From Camelus dromedarius (lineage: Eukaryota): a stretch of 64,000 nt of DNA. The translations under genes were made by a program, and so were the position numbers. Positions 51,213 through 61,854 of the stretch are shown here, in pieces. Below the pieces are notes generated by a model. The model ran no database searches and had not been told where the DNA came from. It saw only the letters and a program-made list of their open reading frames with translations. How positions within the stretch are numbered: the first letter of the stretch is position 1; each line of letters starts with the position of its first letter. The stretch spans positions 12,402,001 through 12,466,000 of the forward strand of contig NC_087438.1 of the NCBI RefSeq assembly GCF_036321535.1, in the 5' to 3' direction.

Positions 51213-53384
51213 TGAAAGGGAACTTCTTAATCATCCTGAAAAGTTGTAGTTCAGACTTCTGGCCAATCAAACCTCAGGGGTGTTCTCAACTGGAAAACAA
51301 CTTGGCATCTGGCAGTCAGGAACTGCCACCTCTTCTGTCTTAACTCCTTTGCTGCCCAAAGTTCAGCAGGGCTGGAGCAGAGGGCTGGGGTGGGGGGAGA
51401 TGAGGGTGAAGATGGGGACGTGTGGGGTCTGCTTATCTGAGTAGATACCTGTTTATCTTTAGAGCCAGATCTGAGGCTACAGGGAGCCAAAAAGGAAATC
51501 CAGAACGGCTTTCGGTTTATTTTAAAGTAAAAGCTAAGGACCATAAAATTGCAGGACTTCAGAAAGGGTCTTAATTACGATCTGACATCATTTCGGAAAG
51601 TTTGCTCTGGTGTCTGTTTTGAGCATTGGTCTCACAAGTTGCAGAGGAGGCTTGTACACTGAAAAGTATGCGAGAAAATATTAGAAGAAAATTGGCTGCA
51701 GATGTACACTCTTTTATTTGAAAAAAGAAGACACTAAATTCTACTGCTATTTAATGCACTACTTCAGAGTGGCACGTGTGTATAACTTGTAAGTAAGTGC
51801 TCACAGATTGGGAATGCCTGCTTAGAACTGTTTTCCTGAAAGGAACACAATGATGGCCTTCTGCTCTTACTTTAAAATACCACCCCCCCCCCCACCAGAT
51901 TTCCCTTTTTGTCCATCATGAGGTAGAAAAGAGGAGGAGCTGAAACCGCTGGGATAAAGAGGACGTGGCAAATGGGAATGGTACTCAGGATTTGGTGATT
52001 GATGATTTGTGAGTGAATCTTTGATAAAACCCTTGCCCCTTAGTGAAGAATGTGTTGCCTTTCTAGCACTTCCACAGAACTGCCCTCGAGTCTGTGACAA
52101 CATGTAATCTACCTGCTTAGCAGTCCTTTTCCTCCTGGTCTTTTGGAGATGCATTCCTAGCAATTTAGAGGGTGCTAAATTAATGTTGCAATGTGACCGT
52201 GACGTTAAACGTTTTAATCCCTGGAAGAGACTCACATTTTTGAAAAAGACAGCATTTCATATAATGGTAGGCACTCTTAGCCTTTTGCTTCAAGAATGAA
52301 ATAAGAATGCCCTCGGCTGCGCTGTGGAATTAGGGACGTTAAGGCTGGCGTCATGATTCTGCATTACAGGTTGGAAATTACTGGAGTGAGTTGTTGAAAT
52401 TTACATGGTGATTAAGGACACTATTAAACCCTCACAGTTTACAAACTGCAAGCCTGAGTCCAAATTAATCATAAAACTTATTTTTTTCCTTACAAAATAT
52501 TCAGTCAAAATTAGCCATAAAAGTTATTCTCAAAGCATTTCCTTTTGGATACGTAAGGAATGCTGACTATTCAACAAACAGTAGTTGCATAAAGAAGATT
52601 TTTGGTCCCATGATCTGGCTGAAGCTTTGCAGGAACAGCTGCTTATCTCATGAATGGAATTTCCTGTTAATATTCTTGCAGGCTAATTGTTCATCAGAAG
52701 TATAACAAATGTCAACAAATATCACAAATGTGTTACGTCTTAATATTTAAGAGACAGCAGAAATAGTTCAGATGTTTAAGTTTGTTGTGCTTAAAAGGCA
52801 CAACTTTTGTTTTAGCTTTTGTCACAAACTGCTCTTGATGGGATTAATGCTATTCAGAGAAACCATTTGGTTTAAATGCCCCTTTCTTTTAATTTACAGC
52901 AACATATGGCTTAAGATAAGACAGGCTAAGGGAAGAAACAGAATTGTAACTTCAAACATCGTTATTATAAAGCACCTAGTTTTAAAGGGATTTCATACAG
53001 TTTTCATTCCAACTGCATATGGAAATAAATTTTCTTAGAATGAAAACACTTCAAATGGACTCTTAAATTCTTTGGCAGCAACCACAAAGACATCTACTTT
53101 TTAATGTGAGATGTAAGCTGCTTAGGTTGGAGGTCCTGGCTGTAGGAAGTAACATCACCTGATATGAGGATTCAAGTCACAAGCGGAAATTGAGTGTCAG
53201 TAGGAACTTCCCGGAACACAAGACAACAGATTTTTAAAAAGCATTTCCAGGTTTTTTTCCCTCTACGAGTAAAATTAGTATTCTGCACTAAGGAGCTGTT
53301 TCAGGAAGGCATTGAGGCGGAAATTTTGGCACAACAGTGTCCTTCAGACTTAGTCCTGCCCCATTTTTAATTCTTTAGTCCTAA

Positions 53385-53941
53385 TGATACAGGAAAAAAT
53401 GTGGGGCGAGAGGATGGCCATACCCCAGGTCTGCGCTGAGTCCCAGGGACCCACCCTGCCAAGTGAGGGTCCTTGGCTTCGCACAGGAAAGAATTCAAGA
53501 GTGAGCCACGGTTGAGTAAAAGTAGATTTATTCAGAGAGATAAGTTTTCCGCGGACAGAGTGCGGCTGTTTCACTTGGAAGAGAGGCTGTGAGGTGCGGG
53601 AGCTGTCAGTTTTATGGTCTCGGAAGCTTCATATGTTAACAAGTGGGAGGATTATTCCCATTACTTTGAGGAAAGGGTGGGGATTCCCAGGAATTGGACC
53701 ACTGCCTACTTTTTGACCATTTATGGTCAGCCTCAGCACTGTCATGGCACCTGTGGGAGTGCCGTTGAGCAGCTAATATATTACAGTGAACGTATAATGA
53801 AGCTCAAGGTCTACCAGAAGTCAAATCTCCCGCCATCTTGGGCCTCAGGGCCTATTGAGAGCTGAATCTTCTGCTATCTTGGTGTTAACTGCTGTGTCAT
53901 TCCTTGAATGGCTGTGCCTTGCCCCCTTCCTCCCTGTCTCA
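53385..53941 (-). mobile_element. ERV1-class solo LTR
   Basis: TG...CA termini (tgatacagg...cctgtctca), exact 4 bp TSD ctaa at 53381-53384 and 53942-53945, and AATAAA on the minus strand near 53527. Confidence 0.88.
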
Positions 53942-54981
53942 CTAACACACTCGGAGTGCCCAAGAGCTAGACATGAGCTCCAGGTCTGTTTCCATTCTCT
54001 TCCAGATGGTATCAAACTCTGTTCCTCTTTCAGGCATAAATGAAAACGGAGGCAGGCTTCTGAAAGCCAGAGCTGTCTCTCATCTTGTCAGCATCTTCTC
54101 CTGGAGAGGGGAGGTCACACCTTCACGGGCACTGGGGTTACCAGGAGGGAGATTGAATTACTCCCACCTCTGCTGTCTTGTCTGTTCCTGTACATTGGCA
54201 GCTGTTAACTCTTCTCATGGCCACTTGTGTTTAGTTCTGAGAACCTCCACGTCCATGACAATCAGCACCTCCACACTGCCACCAACCTCCCCTCACCCTT
54301 CGAAGAAGACTTGGCAAAGGACTGAACACACAGGATGGGACTGCCTGTGATCAGTGCTCTCTGTTTATATGTAGTGTTTTTATAGTTCTGTAGAACTCAA
54401 TTTTCTGCATTAATAACAAACTCTTGTAAGTAAGCCACATAACAATATTGTATATTCATGAATTTAGCAGACATTGAGTGAGCATCCCTTCCCACGTGCT
54501 CTGCTGTAAGTGAGGCATACAGGGATGAGTAAGACTTTTTCTGCCTCCGAGATACGTGAAATAAGAAAATGACATAAGGATGTGTTGGCAAACTACCCAA
54601 GAGCCAAATCACAAGGCACTGCCCGTTTTTGTTGGTCTTGCTAACTAAGAATATGAAGGATTACAGACAAGAAGAGCATGTGACAGAGATGCCCATGACT
54701 TGCAAAGTCTACAAGATGTACTATCTGACCATTTAGAGCCAAAGTTTGCTGACCCTTAGCACAAGGACTATCATGCAAGGTAGAACTTTAAATCTGTACC
54801 TTCATTAAAGTCCTATCAGGAATGGCCAAAAGGCTCTAGTGTTCCAGAGAGGGGAGCTGGTACCCCTGACTAATGGGATCAAGGAAGCGAGCCATCAAGG
54901 AAAGGTGGGATTTCAATAAAAGGAAATGGGAGAAAGGCTGTTTTGGGGAAGGGAAAGGGAAGAGAGAATTAACAACCGAGT

Positions 54982-55051
54982 CAGAGCTTCTCAACCTGCA
55001 GCTGCACCTGGAATCCCCTGGGAGCTTTTAAAAATATACTGAGGCCAGACC
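54982..55051 (+). mobile_element. MER5B-like element, 5' half (3' half at ~59745-59842)
   Basis: cagagcttctcaacctgcagctgcacctggaatcccctggggagcttttaaaaatatactgaggcc. It continues after the L1MC as ccagatcctactctagac...atttttagaagttccccagatga. Confidence 0.65.
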
Positions 55052-55433
55052 ATAAAATGGAAGACAAATGGGAATAAATACACCTAACTGTGTATCAGGT
55101 TGGAACATAACCACCCAGGGAAAGAATTATTCCAAGTGACTTTTGAACTCAGTACTCTGACTAGACATCCTTAGCAGGAGGTAATGTAAGGTTAGAAGGA
55201 ATTGCAGAGAAATCGTAAACTTCCCTCAACAGTTTAATTAGTAGTAGCTGTGATTTTGATACTCTCATTTGTGTGATGAGATAAAGCAATTTAGTAAATA
55301 CGTTCATTTTAATTAATGTTTAGTGAAAGGGAAAAGAGATACAAATTAAAAAGTAATAAAAGGTTGAGAAGGCTAAATTTTAACAGGAAATATTGGTATA
55401 AATTCATGATTTATATGTATGTAGATATCTTAG

Positions 55434-57584
55434 TTTTTTGGGTTTTTTTTTGAGACAAATGGTTTATTTAGTAACAAGGAGTAAAATTCTTCTGTCTTCT
55501 GAGGGCTGGACTGGACTGTGGTAAGTCAAACAGATAGTAACACACACAGGAACCCCCTCCCAGCCCTTGAGTTTTTGCAGAAACGCGAAGATGCCAGAGT
55601 CGCAGGACTTGCAATTGTTGTTTTCTGGACAGAAGTGCCGGCAGCTGTGCTTTCCAACGTGTCAGTGGTCGTGACATTCTCCTTCTTGTCTTCGGGTTTC
55701 AGGGCAGGAGACAGAAGCAGTTCCTTCATGTTGTTGGAGTCTGGGAGAAGCATGGTGATGCAGCTGATGCCTGTACCCCAGCCATCCGTGGGGGGCAGCC
55801 TGTATTCCAGGTGGTCAGAAGGTTTCATCTCTGAACATGGCCTCATCACCCCCAGCAGCTTTGGCCTTGGCCTGTTCTTCAAAAAGCTGCCACTGTTGCA
55901 TGGGGTCATTCAGCTCGGTGTAGGCACTGCATATTTCCTTCTTCACGACAAATAGCTCAGAGCATTCAGTCAGACCTTCTTTAGAGCGGGGCCATTTGAC
56001 CAGAGGGCTTGTTATCTGTGGGTGATCACAGATGAATGTAGGACTGATGAATGTCACTTTCAAGAACTCCCCGACAGGCTTATCAAGGAGCCTGGCTGTG
56101 GTCCGAGGTTACAGGCACTCAACAGCTTTTGCCACAAAGATATCATCAAGAATTTTGCAAGTTTCTTCAGTTTCACAGAGGTTAGTTTCTGGCAACTTCA
56201 TGTCCAGGGCTTTCTCAAGCTTTTCTACCATGCTGATTTTCCGGAAGGGTGGGGTGAAGTTAATCTCAGATGCTCGGCCCTCCGGGCAATCTGGATGATA
56301 GGTGACCCTGTAGCTGCCTGTAATGTGCTTCTCTACCCCTGTAATCATCTTCTCTGTGATTTCCATGCAATCATGGTAGTCTGCATAGGCCATGTAGAAT
56401 TCACATTGTGGGTCAGATCAATTCCTTCATTCTGGAACTGGCATCCAATTTCCTAAACCTGGTCAATGCCACTGACCACTAGCCCCTCACAGTAAAGTTC
56501 TGGGGCAATTCGCATCCAGCTCGTTGTGATGGGTGATGAACGCTTGGCCACAGCTCCCCTAGGGAAGATGTTCATCATGGGAATTTCAATCTCCGGAAGT
56601 CCAACTCTTCCAAGAAACTTCTTATATATGTGACGATCTTAGAGTGGATGATAAATTTCTGCCTCACAAAGTCATTCAGGATCAAGTCCGAGTATCTCTG
56701 ATGATACCGTGTTTCCTTGCCTTTGAGGCCAAAGTGAAGATAGGTACCATGTGCAAACAGGGAGACAGCAGTGTGCTCTCCTCTGAAATGACGCTCAGTT
56801 CACTCTTCTTGGTTTCCCCAGGATTGCCCTGGACACCAACTGTCTCCCCAGAGCAGTTTGTTGCTGATATGAATAAATTCTTCTTCTGACTTATAATTCC
56901 TGGAGTTGGCCATGACTTACAACTTCACCCCCTCTCCTTGAAGGTTGTTGAAGATGAGCTTTCCCCCAGCAGCTCTTTTGGCACGGATCCTACCTGCCGC
57001 CTTTAAGGTGATGTCAATCAGGTGGTCCCCAGGCTGCAGGTGACTGTATTCTTGGATGAAATGAGTGAGCAAGATGTCTACATGGAACTGGTGTGGGTTT
57101 GGGTCATCCTCGTTGACTTTCATTTGTTGGACCCCTTGGCTGCAGATCTTGTAGTATGATTTGGGGCCAGGCTCTCCTCCTCTGCACCCGCATCAGTGTC
57201 AGCGGCATGGTTGGTGGCAGCAGCAGTGGCCAGGCTTAGCTGTTTCTCACTGAGCTCCTTCTGCTTGGCCTCCTTCTCTGCTATTTTCTTCTCAGCTTCC
57301 AGGCATCTCTTTAGCTTAGCACACTTCTTTTATCAGAAAGTGGCTGGTCCTTGTGAATTGCTGAGAAAGGAGCAAGCCGACACAGGCACAGGTCCCTCTG
57401 CCCCCACTGTGCCCCGCAGGTTTGGCGCAGGGACCCCCTAGCAGGCCTTACAGCAGCTTATGTCAGCATGGCAGGACACCCTGGAACTACTGACTGGCAC
57501 CACTTTGCTCAGTTTCGGCTCTCAGCCATCTCCTTTGACTTCAGCAGCCTGCACAGAGGCCATCTTCCCCGAGGGCCGGACGCG
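55434..57584 (-). pseudogene. KARS1: Processed pseudogene of lysyl-tRNA synthetase (KARS1), mitochondrial exon-2-containing isoform; disabled
   Basis: Minus-strand translation matches LysRS from end to end with no introns: MASVQAAEVKGDG*EPKLSK (ATG at 57563), [15 protein letters not shown] (mitochondrial ATG at 57469), ...[25 protein letters not shown]..., ...[17 protein letters not shown]..., ...[29 protein letters not shown]..., ...[24 protein letters not shown] (ancestral stop now CAG at 55625-55627). It has several stops and frameshifts and a deletion after GIDLTHN in motif 2. AATAAA at 55463-55468 (-), A-tail at 55434-55451, and a possible degenerate TSD gatatcttagtttttt / gataccttctttctt. 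Confidence 0.97.
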
Positions 57585-58171
57585 ATACCTTCTTTCTTGA
57601 TTTAAAGTGTGTGTGTGTGTTTCCACTGAAAAAACCTAAACGTGAGGACATTCCAGTCGCCACAAGAAGGCTACTGCCTACCTGGTTTCTAACTATCATT
57701 TAAAGAATTCAGTACTTTTGGAGAAATGTCTGGTCCGAGGCCTGGTTCAAGGAAAGAATGGGAATCTTATTGCCGAGAAAGGAAAAAGGTGTCAAAGGTT
57801 AATGGAGTCATCCAGAGGTCAAAGGACCAACTCAATTACATTTCCATTAGGCAAACTTGGGGCACTTTGAGCATTAAAAAGAATGATAAATGTTGTTGAT
57901 TGTAAAATATGGAATAAGTAAGAATTCAGAAGTCCATAGTTACAGAAAAGAGAGAGGAATGAAAAAGAAAATCTTGCTACGATTAGAGGTGATGCCTATG
58001 AAAACTCTTTACTCTAAAAACTGGTAATTAAGCAAAAAGAATTAGCATTTAGTATGCTTTTATGATAACAAATACAGTTCATCTCAAGTTGATGAGATAG
58101 TGTTCCCCCTCCCCGATGGGAGAGTGTCAGTTAAGAAATATAAATGATGACAGAATTTTAAAAATGACCAT

Positions 58172-58830
58172 ATAACTCCCAGCATGAGTGAGATGTAAGA
58201 TAGCACAGCCACTGTGGAAGAGAGTTTAGCATTTTCTTATAAGGTTAAACATACACTTACTAAAAAACCTGGAAATCCTATTCCTAAGCATTTACCCAAG
58301 TGGAATGAAAACTCAAGTTCCCCCGAAGGCCTGGATGAGAATGTTTGTACGGCTTTGTTCGCAATTGCCTCAAACTGTGAACAACCCAAACGTCCCTCAA
58401 CTTGGGATGGCTCAACAGATGGCAGTGCACCCCTGCAGTGGGATTCTGCTCAGCAATAAACAGGAAGGGACTGCTAATACGTGAACAGCATGGATGGTCT
58501 CAAACACATTTTGTTAAGTGAAAGAAAAGTCATACTTAAAAGGTGACCCAATGTCAGTTCCATGTATGTGACATTTTGGAAAAGGCAAATCTAAAGGGAC
58601 AGAAAACAGATTAGTGACTGACAAGGGCCAGGGTCGGGGGTTGACTGCACAGAACAGGATGTAGGGGAATTACTGGTGGGTGGTAGAAATATTCTATATC
58701 TTAGTGGTTGTGGCGGTTGCCCGAAAATATACATACATTTTTCAAGACCCACAAAATCATACAGAAAAAAGAGTGAAATTTTCTTGGGCATGGATGATGC
58801 CCTAATACAAAGTTAAAAAAAAAAAAAAAA
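58172..58830 (+). mobile_element. L1M 3' fragment inserted into the L1MC
   Basis: cacagccactgtggaag...aaggttaaacatacacttac...aaactgtgaacaacccaaacgtccctcaac...tgacattttggaaaaggcaaa, poly-A at 58815-58830, degenerate TSD aaaatgaccat / aagaagaccat. Confidence 0.85.
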
Positions 58831-59571
58831 GAAGACCATTTTGCAAAGTCCCAGTAATTCTTTCAGGCAAGAGTCATCATTGGATGTTAAAGCTACAGGA
58901 TGGAATTTTGTTGGGGAAACAGGACATTCACGTGCCAGAATACCACCTCACAGATTGCTTGCTATTTGCAAATAGGAAAATGAGTTTTAATGGAGAGGTA
59001 ATCAGCAGTCAAGGTCAGGATCACTAATGGCATAACAACCCGACTCTAGGTGCCGCTTGGTGGGATGTTAATACCCACCTCCTGTGAATTATACTCGCCC
59101 CAAAGCTTGACCTGAATCATCTCTTTACATTTAAATTTCAGTTTAGGACCTGGAAATAGACGTGTCAGTTAAATAATACCATCAAGACATGATCAGACTA
59201 ACATAGGTAGCAGAATGTGCCAGAAGACATGGTTGCTTTAAAAAGTCAACACAATTTTTAAAATAAATAAATAGAAGAACACTAGACTAAAGAATCTGAA
59301 CAAGCAAATGCAGTGCATGAAAACTGATTGGCTTCTGGTTTGATAAAAGAGCAAAAAATGAGATTTTTGAGACAATTGAGATTTGAGTACAGACTAGATA
59401 TTATGGAATTGCTGTGTTTTCTCAGACATGATAATGGTATTGTTTATGGAGGGTAAGGTACTTATTTTTGGGTAGTTCCATGCTTAAGTACTTACGGGTA
59501 AAATGTCACGTCTGCAAATTATTTTCAAATAGATCAGCTATACGTATCTATTTGTATATCTGTGTTTTATC

Positions 59572-59580
59572 TACTATCTG

Positions 59581-59620
<40 letters not shown>

Positions 59621-59641
59621 CCTACCTACCTACCTACCTAC
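59572..59641. repeat. (TATC)n(TACC)n microsatellite
   Basis: Directly visible. Confidence 0.95.
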
Positions 59642-59859
59642 CATAATACAAAATACTCACAATTGTGATGGGTTCACAGATTTCCACATATTATTCTCTT
59701 AACTCTTCTTGATGTTTAAAATCTTTATTAAAAAAAGTAGGGGGAAAATGAATACCAGATCCTACTCTAGACTGAATACATCAGGATGTCCTGGGGACAG
59801 AACTTAAGCTCTAACATTTTTAGAAGTTCCCCAGATGACTTTTTTAAAAAACATGAAAC

Positions 59860-60105
59860 AAATTTATTGGGCTCCTGGAGGCTATTGGTCCGGAAATTTG
59901 GGCAGGGCAAAAAGGGAATAACTTGTCTCTGTTCCACGACATGTGGGGCCTCAGCTGGGGTGTGCTGGTACCCGGAAGCTGCGGTCACCCGGGAGCATCT
60001 TCACACACGTCTGGCAATCGAACCTATCTGTTGGCTGGAACCTTAGCTGGGCAGGCATGACCACCTTCATGTGGTCACTCCATGTGTCATCTCTGCATAG
60101 CCTCT
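59860..60105 (-). mobile_element. MLT1F/G-like LTR fragment (partly duplicated at 61675-61838)
   Basis: ggaaatttgggcagggc...cttgtctctgttccacga...ggggcctcagctgggg...cttcacacacgtctggc...tgttggctggaaccttagctggg. Confidence 0.7.
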
Positions 60106-60683
60106 GGGTGACTTTAATTTGAAGTCAGCCTTTCCCCAGACTTGAAGGATCTTAAGCATTTATTAAAATTCAGATTCTCTGGCCCTTTTTCTGGCTCTGG
60201 GATGGGGACTATTAATACTTACTATTTAATATTTAAAGTCACCCAGGTGATTCTAACAGGAAGGCAAGTTTGGGAAGCACTGACTTAAGGCATTAGCCCT
60301 GTTTTTCTCTTAAGATCCCACATCTGTCCAGGCGCCAAGTACCAGACACCACAGAAGTGGGGTAATAGTCTATGGCCTTATTTCTGAAACTTCGTCCCAC
60401 GTCCTTCCTTTGATTTCTAGATTTGCTTGCTGCTTCCAGCTCTGTCTTTCTCTTGGCTGTGATTATGGTTCTTCCATGTCTCTTTGTTGCTTTAATTGAA
60501 ACACTTGTCTCACTTGACTAAACCCTTGAATCTTCTTACTCAAGGCATAACCTGTGGGTATAAAATTGAATGCGTTTGAGATAAACGAGGAGGGAGAAAA
60601 ATGAGGCTGGGTCATAGCAGGTCTTGAAAGCCAGGCTGAGGAGTCTGACCTTAAGTCAATATTCAATAGGAATCCAGAGAGAG

Positions 60684-60771
60684 TTTCTTTCTTTCCTTTT
60701 CTCTCCTCTCCTCTCCTTTTTTCTTTTTCTTTCTTTCTTTCTTTCCTTCTTTCCTTCTTTCCTTCTTTCCT

Positions 60772-60825
<54 letters not shown>

Positions 60826-60868
60826 TTCCTTCCTTCCTTCCTTCCTTCCTTCCTTCCTTCCTTCCTTC

Positions 60869-60917
<49 letters not shown>

Positions 60918-60972
60918 TTCCTTTCTCTCTTTCTTTCTCTCTTTCTTTCTCCCTTTCTTTCTCCCTTTCTCC

Positions 60973-61042
<70 letters not shown>

Positions 61043-61051
61043 CTCTTTCTT

Positions 61052-61083
<32 letters not shown>

Positions 61084-61109
61084 CTCCCTCTCTTTCTTTC
61101 TTTCTTTTT
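60684..61109. repeat. ~420 bp (TTTC)n/(TTCC)n polypyrimidine microsatellite
   Basis: Directly visible. It explains the spurious ORFs 60624-61121 and 60663-61118. Confidence 0.97.
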
Positions 61110-61670
61110 ACATTTCAATAAAAATTTTCCTCTTTATTTAAACATAAAACACATTAACAGCTTGCAGGCTAACTTAAAATTATATGATGTCTTCCCAAAT
61201 CAATTGTCTTTGACTGTATCTTCAAACACTGAAAAGAAACCAACATATTCCATAGGCAGACTCAGACCCTTTTCTATCACCTCATGTCAGATTGAGAGTT
61301 TTGTGCAGTAGTTTCCTTAAATTAGGCAAATAATTTAACTAATCACCATGAATAAATATTACTTTTACTTCAATGAGTTTCTCTTCTGGACGATTTATCA
61401 ATACCATTCAGAGGAACATTAATATATTTAGTCAAAATAAAAAGACACTGCCAATTGAAATTAAGTGTCAATGTTCCAGATGATCAGAAAATCTCATTTA
61501 TAAGAGTAAATGTTGTGTTTAATGATCTACCTACCATGGCAAAAAGCAGTTCAAGGAAAACAAATTTATGGAATTTTTTGTACATTTTGTGAAAGTCTGA
61601 AATTATAAATAGAAAAGAACCATTGAGATATTAAAAAAAAAAAAAAAAAGCCCTAACATTGTGTATTCTG
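61110..61670 (-). pseudogene. Probable retroposed 3'UTR fragment of an unidentified mRNA
   Basis: AT-rich non-repeat sequence with AATAAA on the minus strand (61134-61139), about 25 nt before the A-rich (GAAA)n array. No ORF and no TSD seen. Confidence 0.5.
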
Positions 61671-61854
61671 AGCCGGGACCTCAGATGGGGTGTGCTGGTA
61701 CCCGGAGGCTGCGGTCACCTGGTTGCATCTTCACACACGTCTGGTAGTTGAGCTTAGCTGTTGGCTGGGCTCTTAGCTGGGCATGCAGCCAGCACACCTT
61801 CATGTGGTCACTGCGTGTGGTGTCTCTGCATGGCTAGTTACGAGGCACTGTTAC

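Larger units (their letters stand above)
55052..59738 (+). mobile_element. Old L1MC/L1MD-type 3' region in three pieces (55052-55430, 57585-58171, 58829-59738)
   Basis: ccaagtgacttttgaactcagtactctgact; ccactgaaa...ctggtttctaactatcatt...ttggagaaatg; gaccattttgcaa...ttcaggcaagagtcatcattggatg...; ends in an A-rich tail at ~59730. Confidence 0.75.

Noticed and set aside
55526..57123. Functional KARS1 gene or retrogene
   Set aside because: The coding sequence is broken over several frames, with early stops, a deletion in class II motif 2 and loss of the normal stop codon.
55518..57441. Plus-strand ORFs 55518-55955, 56022-56456, 56644-56889 and 57196-57441
   Set aside because: They are antisense shadows of the KARS1 retrocopy, with no independent support.
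60624..61121. Longest ORFs in the track (165 aa F/L/S-rich on +, 151 aa K/E/R-rich on -)
   Set aside because: They are translations of the (TTTC)n microsatellite, which lacks stop codons.
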